From contig JBHGAY010000004.1 of the NCBI GenBank assembly GCA_041946735.1, positions 5,425 to 69,424 of the forward strand: a DNA stretch of 64,000 bases, given 5' to 3'. A model generated the notes under the pieces. That model did no database searches and was not told the DNA's origin. It worked only from the letters and a program-made list of their open reading frames with translations. Below, one piece after another: positions 9,498 through 18,271 of this stretch. This stretch comes from Candidatus Eiseniibacteriota bacterium. Lineage in GTDB: Bacteria; Eisenbacteria; RBG-16-71-46; CAIMUX01; VGJL01. The number at the start of each line of letters is the position of its first letter. Positions within the stretch are counted from its first letter, which is position 1. The translations under genes were made by a program, and so were the position numbers.

Positions 9498-12400
9498 GAC
9501 GGGCCTGCCAGAGAAGTTCCGCCGGAACGGGGGCCAGGGGCACGCCGGGACCTTCGTACCACAGCTCGAGAGCCGAGTCGCCGAGCCCCTGGAAGTACTC
9601 GACGCGAATCGGATGCAGCCCGGGCCGGAGGGCGAGCGTGCGCGACACCGCTCCGCGCCCGTGCAGGCCGTCGTTGTCGATCGCCTTCTCGTCACCGATC
9701 CAGAGGGCGCTGCCGTCGTCCGAGAAGAGGTGGAAGGTGTAGATCCCTTCCGTGCGGATCTCGATCCACCCGCGCAAAACGAGGCCGAAGCGCTCGGCGC
9801 GGGCGAAGGAGGGCAGCGCCACCTGACCGATCGGCGCCGAGGCGGCGGCAGGCTCGAGCGCCGAGAAGTTGGGCAGCTCCTCCCATCCCCCTTCCGGCCC
9901 GTACTCGTAGTAGTCGCAGATCAGCCCCGGCGTCTGCCGCACGACACCGTCCGAGGGCCGCGGTATGAGCTTCGTGACGGCGAGCGCGGCGACGTAGTGA
10001 TCGTCGAGACCGTCGCGGAAGGCGCGGGCTTTGACGGTCCTCGACTCCTGGATCGTCAGCGGTCCCCGGTAGAGCACGGACTGGATGGTCGGCTCGGTCC
10101 CGTCGGTCGTGTAGCGGATCGTGGCGCCTGGAGTCGGAGTCACGAGGCGCACGCGCGTCTCGTCGAGGAACTCCAGGCGATCGGCGAGCGCCTTCACGCA
10201 GGTCGCGGCCGGCGGCTCGACGTCGGCGATCGCAGGGCGGGTCGCCGCGTTCGGTGCGCTGGCGAGCGACATCGCGAGGATCCGGACGTTCGGATCGTTC
10301 GGGAGCGTCACCGTGGCGGCTCCGCCCGGAAGCGGCAGGTCGTAGCGGAAGAAGTGCCCGAAGGAATAGGCGAGCCTCTCGCCGCCGGCGGCATGCCGGT
10401 GCGTCGCGAGCCAGGCGAGCCGCACGTCCTTTTCGTATGCCGGCTCGATCGAGTCCGGATCGGAGCGCAACCCTCCCGCCGTCACCCGGTTGTTCCACTG
10501 CGCGATCGGCTCCGCGTAGTCGTGGATCGTGAGGGGGAGCGGCGGGCCGTCGTCGATGCGGAACGACGCTTCGCGGTCCCCATCGACCGAGGCCGCGACG
10601 ATGCAGAGGCGGTCGCCCTGTCTCGCCTCGAGGGGCAACGGGACCGTCTGTCCCTGGCACGCGACCACGTTCGCCGCTCCCGGTTCGCGCGGGCCGGTGC
10701 GAAACGCGATTCCTTCCCGCTGGAAGGTCTGCGGGAGCAGCTCGGACGGAAGCGAGACACCCTCGTTGTCGAAGGCGCCGGCGCCGGCCGAGCCGCACGG
10801 CGTGAGGCCGACCAGGTTCCAGGGAAGGTCGACGGGCGTCGACTTCGGCGGCGCGAGCGCGACGGGGGCATCGGCGAGGCGCACCGCGATCGTACGCGGT
10901 TGAAACGGGCGGAAGTCGAGAACGAGCCGGCCGGAGGCGGCCTCGAGCGGCCCGATCGCCTCCTCGGCGCCGTTCAGCTCGCGGGCGGCGGCGATCGGCC
11001 GCGCGAAGGAGAGCGCGACCGCTTCGCGCGGGCGTCCGGTCGTCTCCAGCAGGCGGACGACGATCTCGTTGCCCTCCTCGGCCTTCTTGACGGCGCGGAT
11101 CGCGATCGCCGGGTCGCTGGTCGAGACGAGCGAGAAGGTCGCCCCGAGCCCGCCTTCGTGCGGCGTCGTGGTGAAGGCGAGGAGCGGCTGGTTCAGGCGA
11201 TCGGCTTCCGAAACGACGCCGCCGTCCTGCCATCCGCCCGAATGGCCGGCGATGGCGTAGCAGAAGCGGTGCCGCCCGAGATCCATCGACTCCTGGTCCT
11301 CGATCCACTTCCAGCGGTCGTTGACGCGCGGGGTGCGGATCAGGGCGAGGCGGAGGGTCGCCGGGTCGGGACGGTCCCAGCCGTACTTGCAGTCGTTCAG
11401 GACGGCGACGCCGTAGGCTCCCGAGGGCTCGGTCACGTCAGCCCATTGCTGTCCCGGCACCTCGTACAGCTCCTTGCGGTTCACCCCTCGCTCGATCGCG
11501 CCGAGCCCGAGATCGTAGGTCGCGTTGGGACTGGAGACGGCGAGCGGGAAGGAAGCGGTGAGGAGCGTCCCCTTCGTCCTCCAGTCGACGTCGGAGTCGA
11601 CCTCGATGCGCGTGCCGGCGCCGCCGCCGGCGAGGCGGATCGTCTGGCGGATCGTCGAGCCGCCCGCTCGCCGCGTGACGCGCACGGCGGCGCGCGCGGG
11701 GCCGGTCTCGATCACCGCAGTCTCGACCTGCCCGCCCACGATTTCCCGCGGTTGCGCCATCAGGTCGTCGTAGTCGATCTCCCATGCGGCCCAGTCGTAC
11801 GGCTCGTCGTCGAGCATCTCGAGCGCGACCGGCGCGCGCAGGAGCTCGCGCCCTGCCCCCTTGTCGTAGATCGAGGAGATCTGCCCGCGCGCGTCGATCG
11901 CCACGCGGTAGCGTTCGTTCTCCAGCCGGCCGCCGTCGGGCGCGACGGCGAGTCCCGTGTCGATCTCGCAGGGACGATCCGACGGCCGGACGTCGTAGAC
12001 GGCGAAGCCGACCGCCGGCACCGTCGCGAGGAAGACGATGCGGTAGCGCCCTCCGCCGAGCGCGGTCGCCTGCGATGCGACTTCCGCGCCGCCGGGAGCA
12101 TAGACGCGCACCGAGGCGGGCGCCTGCTGGGCGGCCGCCGCGCCCTCGAACGCGATCTCCGCCTCGACCGGATCGGTCCGCTCGATCGAGAGCGGGTTGA
12201 AGACCACGACGGGAATCCCCTTCGCCCGCGTGTCGAGAGCGCGCGCGACGCCGCCCGCGGCGTCGGCAAGGACGGCGCGGAAGAGGTTCGAGGCGATCGC
12301 CTCGTCGTTCCACGAATAGACGTAGGCCTCCGGAATGCTCGTGCCGGTCAGGTCGTCGTGGAACTGATGCCAGAGGAAGCGGATCCACGCGTCGTTCAAG

Positions 12401-13578
12401 GTCGCTCGCGGATAAGGCGCCGCGCCGAGCCAGTCGGCGGCGACCGACGCCTTCTCCGCTGCGTCGGCCAGCCGCTCGTTCTTGCGGTTCCATCGCTTCA
12501 TCGCGGCCTGCGAGGTGTAGCAGCCGATGCCGTGGTCGGTCATCAGCAGCTCGCCGCGATAGCGGGGGAGCGCGTCGCGCCGCTGCTGCGGAAGCTGCGC
12601 GATCTCGCGGGCGAAATCGTCCGAGCCGGCAGGGCGGATGAGAATCGGGCCGCCGCCGGCCAGGCTCTTCTCGAGCCACGCGACCGATTCCTCCGCCGGC
12701 GATCCTCCCTGGTCTCCGGTGCCGAAGTAGCGGAGCCCCTTGTACAATCCCGACGCCTTGCCTTGGCTCTCGATCGCGGCGATCGCTGACGAATCGGCGC
12801 TCCAGTCGTGGGTGATCCTGCCGACGTAGTCGCCCGGCCGCAAAGCGGCGGCGAGGGCCGAGCCATCCACTCCTTCCCAGATTCCGATATCGAACGGCAC
12901 GCCGTACGCGGAGCCCCAGGTGAGCTTCTGCGTGGAGAAGCCGAGGAGGCCGCAGTGCGCGGCGATCGAGGGGAGGGCATATCCGAAGCCGAAGCAGTCG
13001 GGCAGGAAGACGTCGCGGCTCCTCTTGCCGAACTCCTTCTCGAAGTAGCCGTTTCCGTAGAGCGCCTGCCGGATCAGCGATTCCGGTGACGGAATGTTCG
13101 TATCGACCGCGTCCACCCAGCTGCCGGCGACGCGCCACCGGCCGTCCGCGATCGCCCTTCGCATCCGCTCGTATTCGCTCGGGTAGTACTCCCGCATCAG
13201 CATGTAGCGGAACGCTCCCTCGAAGCTGAACACGTAGTCCGGGTACTTCTCGAAGTAGGCGAGGTTCTCGCGAAGGGTGGCTGGAAGGTACTCGTCGATC
13301 GTTTCGCGGATCGTCCAGCGCCATTGCGTGTCGAGATGCGCGGTCGCCACCACGTCCAGCTCGAGCTTCGGCGGGGGCGCCGGGTCGTCCGCGCCGGGCA
13401 CGGACGTCGCGGCGCCGGAGGCCGCGAGGGCGGGCGCGGCGCCCGCGGCGGCGCCGAGCGACGAGCCGGCGAGGCCACCGAGCATCCCGCAGACGACGAG
13501 AACGAGTAGGACGCTCGAGGCGAGCGCAGGCCGGAGGGACTCCCCACACCGCCGCGAACCGGACGGTCCACACTTCAT
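9478..13578 (-). CDS. GH38 alpha-mannosidase with C-terminal CHB_HEX_C-like and PA14 domains, secreted
   Basis: ATG 13578 with GGAGGAG RBS, overlapping the permease stop (ATGA). Signal peptide is present. GH38 N-domain motifs ATAHLDTQWRW and FLPDCFGFGYALPSIAAHCG. Later GATIRYTTDGTEP (chitobiase/hexosaminidase C-like) and a PA14 motif GWIEIRTEGIYTFHLFSDDGSALWIGD. The 9127..12789 + ORF is its antisense shadow. Confidence 0.85.
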   Translation of the reverse strand: MKCGPSGSRRCGESLRPALASSVLLVLVVCGMLGGLAGSSLGAAAGAAPALAASGAATSVPGADDPAPPPKLELDVVATAHLDTQWRWTIRETIDEYLPATLRENLAYFEKYPDYVFSFEGAFRYMLMREYYPSEYERMRRAIADGRWRVAGSWVDAVDTNIPSPESLIRQALYGNGYFEKEFGKRSRDVFLPDCFGFGYALPSIAAHCGLLGFSTQKLTWGSAYGVPFDIGIWEGVDGSALAAALRPGDYVGRITHDWSADSSAIAAIESQGKASGLYKGLRYFGTGDQGGSPAEESVAWLEKSLAGGGPILIRPAGSDDFAREIAQLPQQRRDALPRYRGELLMTDHGIGCYTSQAAMKRWNRKNERLADAAEKASVAADWLGAAPYPRATLNDAWIRFLWHQFHDDLTGTSIPEAYVYSWNDEAIASNLFRAVLADAAGGVARALDTRAKGIPVVVFNPLSIERTDPVEAEIAFEGAAAAQQAPASVRVYAPGGAEVASQATALGGGRYRIVFLATVPAVGFAVYDVRPSDRPCEIDTGLAVAPDGGRLENERYRVAIDARGQISSIYDKGAGRELLRAPVALEMLDDEPYDWAAWEIDYDDLMAQPREIVGGQVETAVIETGPARAAVRVTRRAGGSTIRQTIRLAGGGAGTRIEVDSDVDWRTKGTLLTASFPLAVSSPNATYDLGLGAIERGVNRKELYEVPGQQWADVTEPSGAYGVAVLNDCKYGWDRPDPATLRLALIRTPRVNDRWKWIEDQESMDLGRHRFCYAIAGHSGGWQDGGVVSEADRLNQPLLAFTTTPHEGGLGATFSLVSTSDPAIAIRAVKKAEEGNEIVVRLLETTGRPREAVALSFARPIAAARELNGAEEAIGPLEAASGRLVLDFRPFQPRTIAVRLADAPVALAPPKSTPVDLPWNLVGLTPCGSAGAGAFDNEGVSLPSELLPQTFQREGIAFRTGPREPGAANVVACQGQTVPLPLEARQGDRLCIVAASVDGDREASFRIDDGPPLPLTIHDYAEPIAQWNNRVTAGGLRSDPDSIEPAYEKDVRLAWLATHRHAAGGERLAYSFGHFFRYDLPLPGGAATVTLPNDPNVRILAMSLASAPNAATRPAIADVEPPAATCVKALADRLEFLDETRVRLVTPTPGATIRYTTDGTEPTIQSVLYRGPLTIQESRTVKARAFRDGLDDHYVAALAVTKLIPRPSDGVVRQTPGLICDYYEYGPEGGWEELPNFSALEPAAASAPIGQVALPSFARAERFGLVLRGWIEIRTEGIYTFHLFSDDGSALWIGDEKAIDNDGLHGRGAVSRTLALRPGLHPIRVEYFQGLGDSALELWYEGPGVPLAPVPAELLWQARPVGGPR

Positions 13579-15158
13579 CGCGACTCCTCCCGCCCGCTTG
13601 GGGGCTGGACCGCGGCGGACGCGGATGACGACGCGCCGCTCGATCGAGAAATCGGCCAGCGGGGCCGCAGCCGGAACCTCCGGCGCAGCCAACCTCGATG
13701 TTTCAGGCGGTCGAGAAGGACCGCTCCCAGGATCACGAGACCGAGGACCACCTTCTGCGTGTAGCTCTCGACGTTCGTGAGATTCATGCCGTTCTGAATC
13801 ACCGCGATAATGAACGCGCCGACCAGCGTGCCGAGGATCCGCCCCTCGCCGCCGGAGAGGCTCGTCCCGCCGACGACCACCGCGGCGATCACGTACAGCT
13901 CGTACGAGAGCCCGTAGGTCGGGGCGCCGCTCTTCAGCTGCGACGCCATCACGATCCCGCCGAGACCGGCCAACAGGCCGGAGACCGTGTAGACGAAAAG
14001 GAGGACGGCGCGGACGCGCACCCCGGCCAGGCGCGATGCTTCGGCATTCCCGCCGACCGCATAGATGTGGCGTCCCAGGACCGTGCGCGTCATCAGCAGA
14101 TGCGCGGCGGCGAACAGCGCGACCATCAACAGCACCGCATAGGGAAGTCCGAGGACCGGCTCGGCGCCGCGACCGAGCGCGACGAAGCGGCCGGGCACCT
14201 GGTAGATCGGTCGACCCGCGGAGAGCAGATAGGCGAGACCGCTCGCCACTTGCATCATGCCGAGCGTCGCGATGAAGGGGGGGACGTCGAAGCGGGTGAT
14301 CGCCAGGCCGGAGAGAAGCCCGGTCAAGCCGCACGCGAGGATGCCGGCGAGCGCGCCCGCGAGAAGGACCGTGCCGGTCGCGTCCGCCCCGCCGGCATGC
14401 GCGATCGTGCCGGTCGCGACGACGGCGGAGAGCGCGATCAGGCTCCCCACGGACAGGTCGATCCCTCCGGTCAGGATCACCATCGTCATGCCGACCGCGA
14501 GAATCGCGATCACGCTGATCTGGTTCGCGATGTTGCGCACGTTGTCGGGGAGCAGGAACGTCGGCCAGCGATACGACGGCGCGACGAGCACTTCGGCACC
14601 GGCGTACCCCGGCGTCGCATCGAGCACGGTGCGGACCGCCGGCGCGTTGGGGGCGAGCGTCGCGACGCGCAACGCGCCCGCGGAGCGGCCGGCGGGGCGC
14701 TCCGCGTCGGGGGCCTCGGCGGCCGGGCCCTCCGCTGCCGGAAGCTCCTCGGCCGGCTCCGCAGCCGGCTCCGTCGCCGGCTCCGCGACGAGCCGCTCCA
14801 GCGCCCGCCGCAGATCGGCCGGCTCCCCCTGGACCGTGGCGGCCACCGGAATCCCGCGGCGTGCGAGCCCGGCGGCCAGGCGGGCGGCAAAGGCGGCGCC
14901 GTCCTCCCCCTCGCGCACGGCGATCGCCACGGGAGCGCCGGCCGAGGCCGCGCCGGAGGAGGGGGCGGCGGCCTGCGCCGCAACGGCAGCGTCGAGGCGA
15001 GCGAGAATCGCGTCGGCGGCGCGAGCGCCGGAGGGCTGCTGCTCGCGGATCGTCGCGAGCGAGAAGAATCCCGCCAGCAGCAACAGGACCGCGAGCATCC
15101 CGTATTGCGAGGCGAGCTGGGAGCCGGCCGCCCGCAAGCGCGCGCCGAGCCCGCTCAC
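13575..15158 (-). CDS. Sugar ABC transporter permease (RbsC/AraH-like) with about 200-aa Ala/Pro/Glu-rich periplasmic insertion after TM1
   Basis: GTG 15158 overlaps the ATPase stop (GTGA). ...SQYGMLAVLLLLAGFFSLATI is TM1, then a long low-complexity loop, then the canonical BPD-2 permease core (NIANQISVIAILAVGMTMVILTGGIDLSVG...). An alternative start is ATG 15098. Confidence 0.8.
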   Translation of the reverse strand: MSGLGARLRAAGSQLASQYGMLAVLLLLAGFFSLATIREQQPSGARAADAILARLDAAVAAQAAAPSSGAASAGAPVAIAVREGEDGAAFAARLAAGLARRGIPVAATVQGEPADLRRALERLVAEPATEPAAEPAEELPAAEGPAAEAPDAERPAGRSAGALRVATLAPNAPAVRTVLDATPGYAGAEVLVAPSYRWPTFLLPDNVRNIANQISVIAILAVGMTMVILTGGIDLSVGSLIALSAVVATGTIAHAGGADATGTVLLAGALAGILACGLTGLLSGLAITRFDVPPFIATLGMMQVASGLAYLLSAGRPIYQVPGRFVALGRGAEPVLGLPYAVLLMVALFAAAHLLMTRTVLGRHIYAVGGNAEASRLAGVRVRAVLLFVYTVSGLLAGLGGIVMASQLKSGAPTYGLSYELYVIAAVVVGGTSLSGGEGRILGTLVGAFIIAVIQNGMNLTNVESYTQKVVLGLVILGAVLLDRLKHRGWLRRRFRLRPRWPISRSSGASSSASAAVQPPSGREESR

Positions 15159-16798
15159 GCGACCGCCAGGCGGAGCAGTTGCTCCTGGGTAGCGGAGGCG
15201 ACGTCGCGCACCTCGCCGGTCAATCGTCCCTCGTGCATGACGAGGATCCGGTCGGAGAGGGCGAGGATCTCGGGAAGCTCGGAGGAGATGACGAGGATCG
15301 ACTTGCCCTGTCCCGCCAGGTCGTCGATCAGGTTGTACATTTCGAACTTCGCCCCGACGTCGATGCCGCGTGTCGGCTCGTCGAAAAGCAGCACGCGCGC
15401 GTCGTTCTCGAGCCACCGGGCGACGAGCAGCTTCTGCTGGTTGCCGCCGGAGAGGTTGCGGGCCGGCTGCTCGGGGCCGGAAAGACGGATCCGCAGACCG
15501 TCCACGTAGCGAAGAAAGCGTGCGGACTCCTCGCGGCGGCGGATCCAGCCGAAGCGCGACCAGCGGGGCAGATTCGGCAGGGAGAAGTTCTCGCGGGCGG
15601 AGAGGCCGAGGACGAGTCCTTGCGCCTTGCGGTCCTCGGTCAGGAGCGCGATGCCGCGCGCGATCGCTTCGCGCGGGGAGCGGATCGCGACCGGCGTGCC
15701 GTCGAGAAGGATCTCGCCGGAGCGCGGGCGCTGTGCGCCGAAGAGCAGGCGCGCCAGGTCGGTCCGTCCCGAGCCGACGAGGCCGGCGAGCCCGAGGACC
15801 TCGCCGGCGTGGAGCGCGAGGGAGACGCCGCGCACGCGCCCGCCGGAGAGGTCGCGAGCCGCAAGGATCTCCGGGCCGCGCGCGCCCGCCGCGCGACGCA
15901 GGCGCTGGCCGACCGGGCGCCCCACCATCCGCCGGATCATCTCCTCGCGCGTCAGCTCGGAGCGCAGCCAGGTGCCGATCGTCTTGCCGTCCCGCAGGAT
16001 CGTGACCCGGTCGGCGATCGCGAGCACCTCTTCGAGCCGGTGGCTGATGAAGAGGATGCCCTTCCCGGCGGCGCGCAGGTCGCGCAAAAGCGCAAGCAGC
16101 CGCTCCACCTCGCGCGGCGTGAGCGCGGCCGTCGGCTCGTCGAGGACGAGGAGCCGCGCGTCGGCAAGGAGCGCGCGAGCGATCACGATGAGCTGCTGCT
16201 GCGCCACGTCGAGATCGCGCACGAGCGACTCGGGATCGATCGGCGCGCCGAGCCGCTCGAGCGCGTCGCGGGAGCGAGCTCTCTCGATCCGAAGGTCGGG
16301 GATCCCGAAGCGGGCCGGTTCCCGACCGAGGAAGAGGTTCTCGCGGACGCTGCGCGCGGGGAGGAGGTCCAGCTCCTGGTAGATCGCCGCGATGCCGAGC
16401 CGCTGGGCCGCGATCGGGTCGGGCAGGACGGTCGGACGTCCGTCGATTTCGACCTCGCCGCCGTCCGGCGCGTGCGCCCCCGTCGCGATCTTCAGCAGAG
16501 TGCTCTTGCCCGCGCCGTTCTCACCGACGAGCGCGTGGACCTCGCCGGCTCGGATGTCCAGGTCGGCGCCGCGCAGCGCGTGCACACCGGGGAAGCGCTT
16601 GTGGACCCCGGCGAGGCGAAGAATCGGAACGGAGGGGGCGGCCGGCTCCGTGGGCCCGGTGGGCTCGGTGGGCTCCGTGGGCTCGGCGGGCCCGCCAACC
16701 GGTGGGATGGCCGGTGGGATGGACGGCGGCCCGCCCGTGCGAGCCGCGGCGATCTCTGCCGCGGCACCGGAGCGAGATGCCTTGTCGCCCCCCCTCAC
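15155..16798 (-). CDS. Sugar ABC transporter ATP-binding protein (two fused ABC domains, RbsA/MglA-like)
   Basis: GTG 16798 is 13 nt downstream of the SBP stop. Walker A GENGAGKST is present, LSGGNQQKLLVARWL sits in the second ABC domain (the first-domain signature was not located), and the two-domain length is 547 aa. The N-terminus contains a PTEPTEPTGPTEP repeat encoded by a 9-bp microsatellite. Confidence 0.85.
   Translation of the reverse strand: MRGGDKASRSGAAAEIAAARTGGPPSIPPAIPPVGGPAEPTEPTEPTGPTEPAAPSVPILRLAGVHKRFPGVHALRGADLDIRAGEVHALVGENGAGKSTLLKIATGAHAPDGGEVEIDGRPTVLPDPIAAQRLGIAAIYQELDLLPARSVRENLFLGREPARFGIPDLRIERARSRDALERLGAPIDPESLVRDLDVAQQQLIVIARALLADARLLVLDEPTAALTPREVERLLALLRDLRAAGKGILFISHRLEEVLAIADRVTILRDGKTIGTWLRSELTREEMIRRMVGRPVGQRLRRAAGARGPEILAARDLSGGRVRGVSLALHAGEVLGLAGLVGSGRTDLARLLFGAQRPRSGEILLDGTPVAIRSPREAIARGIALLTEDRKAQGLVLGLSARENFSLPNLPRWSRFGWIRRREESARFLRYVDGLRIRLSGPEQPARNLSGGNQQKLLVARWLENDARVLLFDEPTRGIDVGAKFEMYNLIDDLAGQGKSILVISSELPEILALSDRILVMHEGRLTGEVRDVASATQEQLLRLAVA
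16647..16729. repeat. In-frame microsatellites (9-bp unit G[GC]TGGGC[TC]C x5, then 12-bp unit CCGGTGGGATGG x2) inside the ABC ATPase 5' end
   Basis: Direct tandem copies are visible at 16647-16693 and 16701-16729. They encode PTEPTEPTGPTEP and AIPPAIPP at the protein N-terminus. Confidence 0.8.
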
Positions 16799-16811
16799 CT
16801 CCGGGCGCTCC

Positions 16812-17924
16812 TCAGGATCCGGCCTTCGCCTTCTCTCGCGTGAACAGCTCGCAGGGGATCAGGATCGCCGGCGGCACCTCCAGGCCTGTCATGTAGTCGG
16901 CAATTGCCGCGATGGTCGTCTCGCCGATCGTCCTCGGCTGCTGGATCACGTCGGCGTGGATCTTCCCGGCGGCGATCGCCTCGCGCGCCTCGGGAACGGC
17001 GTCGAAGCCGACGATCGTCACGCGCCCTTGCCGTCCCGCCTTCTCGACCGCCGCAAGGGCGCCAAGCGCGGAATCGTCGTTGATGCCGAAGATCGCGTCG
17101 AGGTCGGGGTGGGACTGGAGGATGTCCTCCGCCGTGCGGAAGGCAGCATCCTTCATGCCGCGGCCGGTCAGCTTCGCGACGACCGTGATGCCCGGGTGCT
17201 GCGCGATCTCCTCCTCGAAGCCGCGAACCCGTTGGATGACCGACTCGACCTCCGGATGGTCGATGATCGCGACCTTCCCCTTGCCGCCGATCGCTTCGGA
17301 CACCGCCCGGGCGGCGAGACGACCGCCGGCGACGTTGTCGGAAGCGACGTGGCAGACCACCTTCGCCCCCTCGGCGAGGACCGCGATGTCGGCCGTGAAC
17401 ACCGGGACTCCCGCCGCGTTCGCCGCCTGCACGGAGGTGCCGATCGACTTCGAGTCGCACGGGCAGACGACGATCGCGTTGACCTTACGGACCAGGAAGT
17501 CCTCGATCTGGTCCTTCTGCTTCGCGACGTCGAACTCCCCCGCCTGCACGAGCAGCTCGTAGCCGCGCGCCGCGGCCGCCTCGCGCAATCCCGCCTCGAG
17601 ATCCTGATAGAAGGGATGCGTGCGCGTGAGGAGCGAGACGCCGATCACGACGCCGGACGGAGCAGCGCCGGTCTTCTCATCCCGCGGACCCGCCCCTTCG
17701 CGGACTGCCGCGGTCTGGCGGTCGCCGCCGCCCGGGCCGCATCCTTGGGCCGAGATTGCCGCCACCGCGGCCGCCACCCAGAGCCAGAGGAGCAGGCGGA
17801 GCGTTGCCGCGCCCGACCCACTCGCGAATCTTCCGAATCTTCCCCAACGTCCCGGTCCGAGGAGGGCCACCGCGCCTCCGCACCCTCTCCGCACCCGCAT
17901 CGACTCCCGCGCCGTCCGTCTCAT
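16812..17924 (-). CDS. ABC sugar substrate-binding lipoprotein (periplasmic binding protein type I, RbsB-like)
   Basis: ATG 17924 with GGGAGGG upstream. Signal and lipobox ...LLLWLWVAAAVAAISAQGC. VVIGVSLLTRTHPFYQDLEAGLREAAAARGYELLV...KVNAIVVCPCDS... is the PBP type I fold. Confidence 0.8.
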   Translation of the reverse strand: MRRTARESMRVRRGCGGAVALLGPGRWGRFGRFASGSGAATLRLLLWLWVAAAVAAISAQGCGPGGGDRQTAAVREGAGPRDEKTGAAPSGVVIGVSLLTRTHPFYQDLEAGLREAAAARGYELLVQAGEFDVAKQKDQIEDFLVRKVNAIVVCPCDSKSIGTSVQAANAAGVPVFTADIAVLAEGAKVVCHVASDNVAGGRLAARAVSEAIGGKGKVAIIDHPEVESVIQRVRGFEEEIAQHPGITVVAKLTGRGMKDAAFRTAEDILQSHPDLDAIFGINDDSALGALAAVEKAGRQGRVTIVGFDAVPEAREAIAAGKIHADVIQQPRTIGETTIAAIADYMTGLEVPPAILIPCELFTREKAKAGS

Positions 17925-18164
17925 CCCTCGCCCTCCCCATCCGCCGCCGGCTCCCGGAAGCTCTCCGCCCCCGTTGCGGCGGCACCATCCTAGCGATGTT
18001 CGGAGCGCGCGGCCAGAAGCGGGTTGCGGCGCCGGCGCGGCCGAGGCCGCGGGGCGGCGGAACGCCGGGGCGACGGGACCGCGGAACGCCGGAGCGGCGG
18101 GGCGGCGGAGCACCGGGCAAACGGGCAAACACGCAAAGGGGCGAAGGGGCGAAGCGTGCGGAAC

Positions 18165-18213
18165 GCGAAAGGGGGAAGAAAGCGCCCCGCCTTCCCTTGG
18201 AATGCGGGGCGCT
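18165..18213 (-). terminator. Rho-independent terminator downstream of paralogue B (minus strand)
   Basis: 10-bp GC stem AGCGCCCCGC / GCGGGGCGCT (plus coordinates 18181-18190 / 18204-18213) with a 13-nt loop. On the minus strand it is followed by TTCTTCCCCCTTTCG. Confidence 0.65.
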
Positions 18214-18271
18214 CGGAAGGGAGCGACAGGCGGCCGATGGCGCGCCCGCTTCGCTCTCGGGATCGATCGAT

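Noticed and set aside
9127-12789. 1220-aa plus-strand ORF
   Set aside because: It is antisense to the GH38 alpha-mannosidase. It is Arg/Gly/Ala/Asp-rich with no domain motifs, which is the typical high-GC shadow ORF.
13698-16843. Plus-strand ORFs 13698..15509 and 14861..16843
   Set aside because: They are antisense to the ABC permease and ATPase genes, with RD/RG-rich products.
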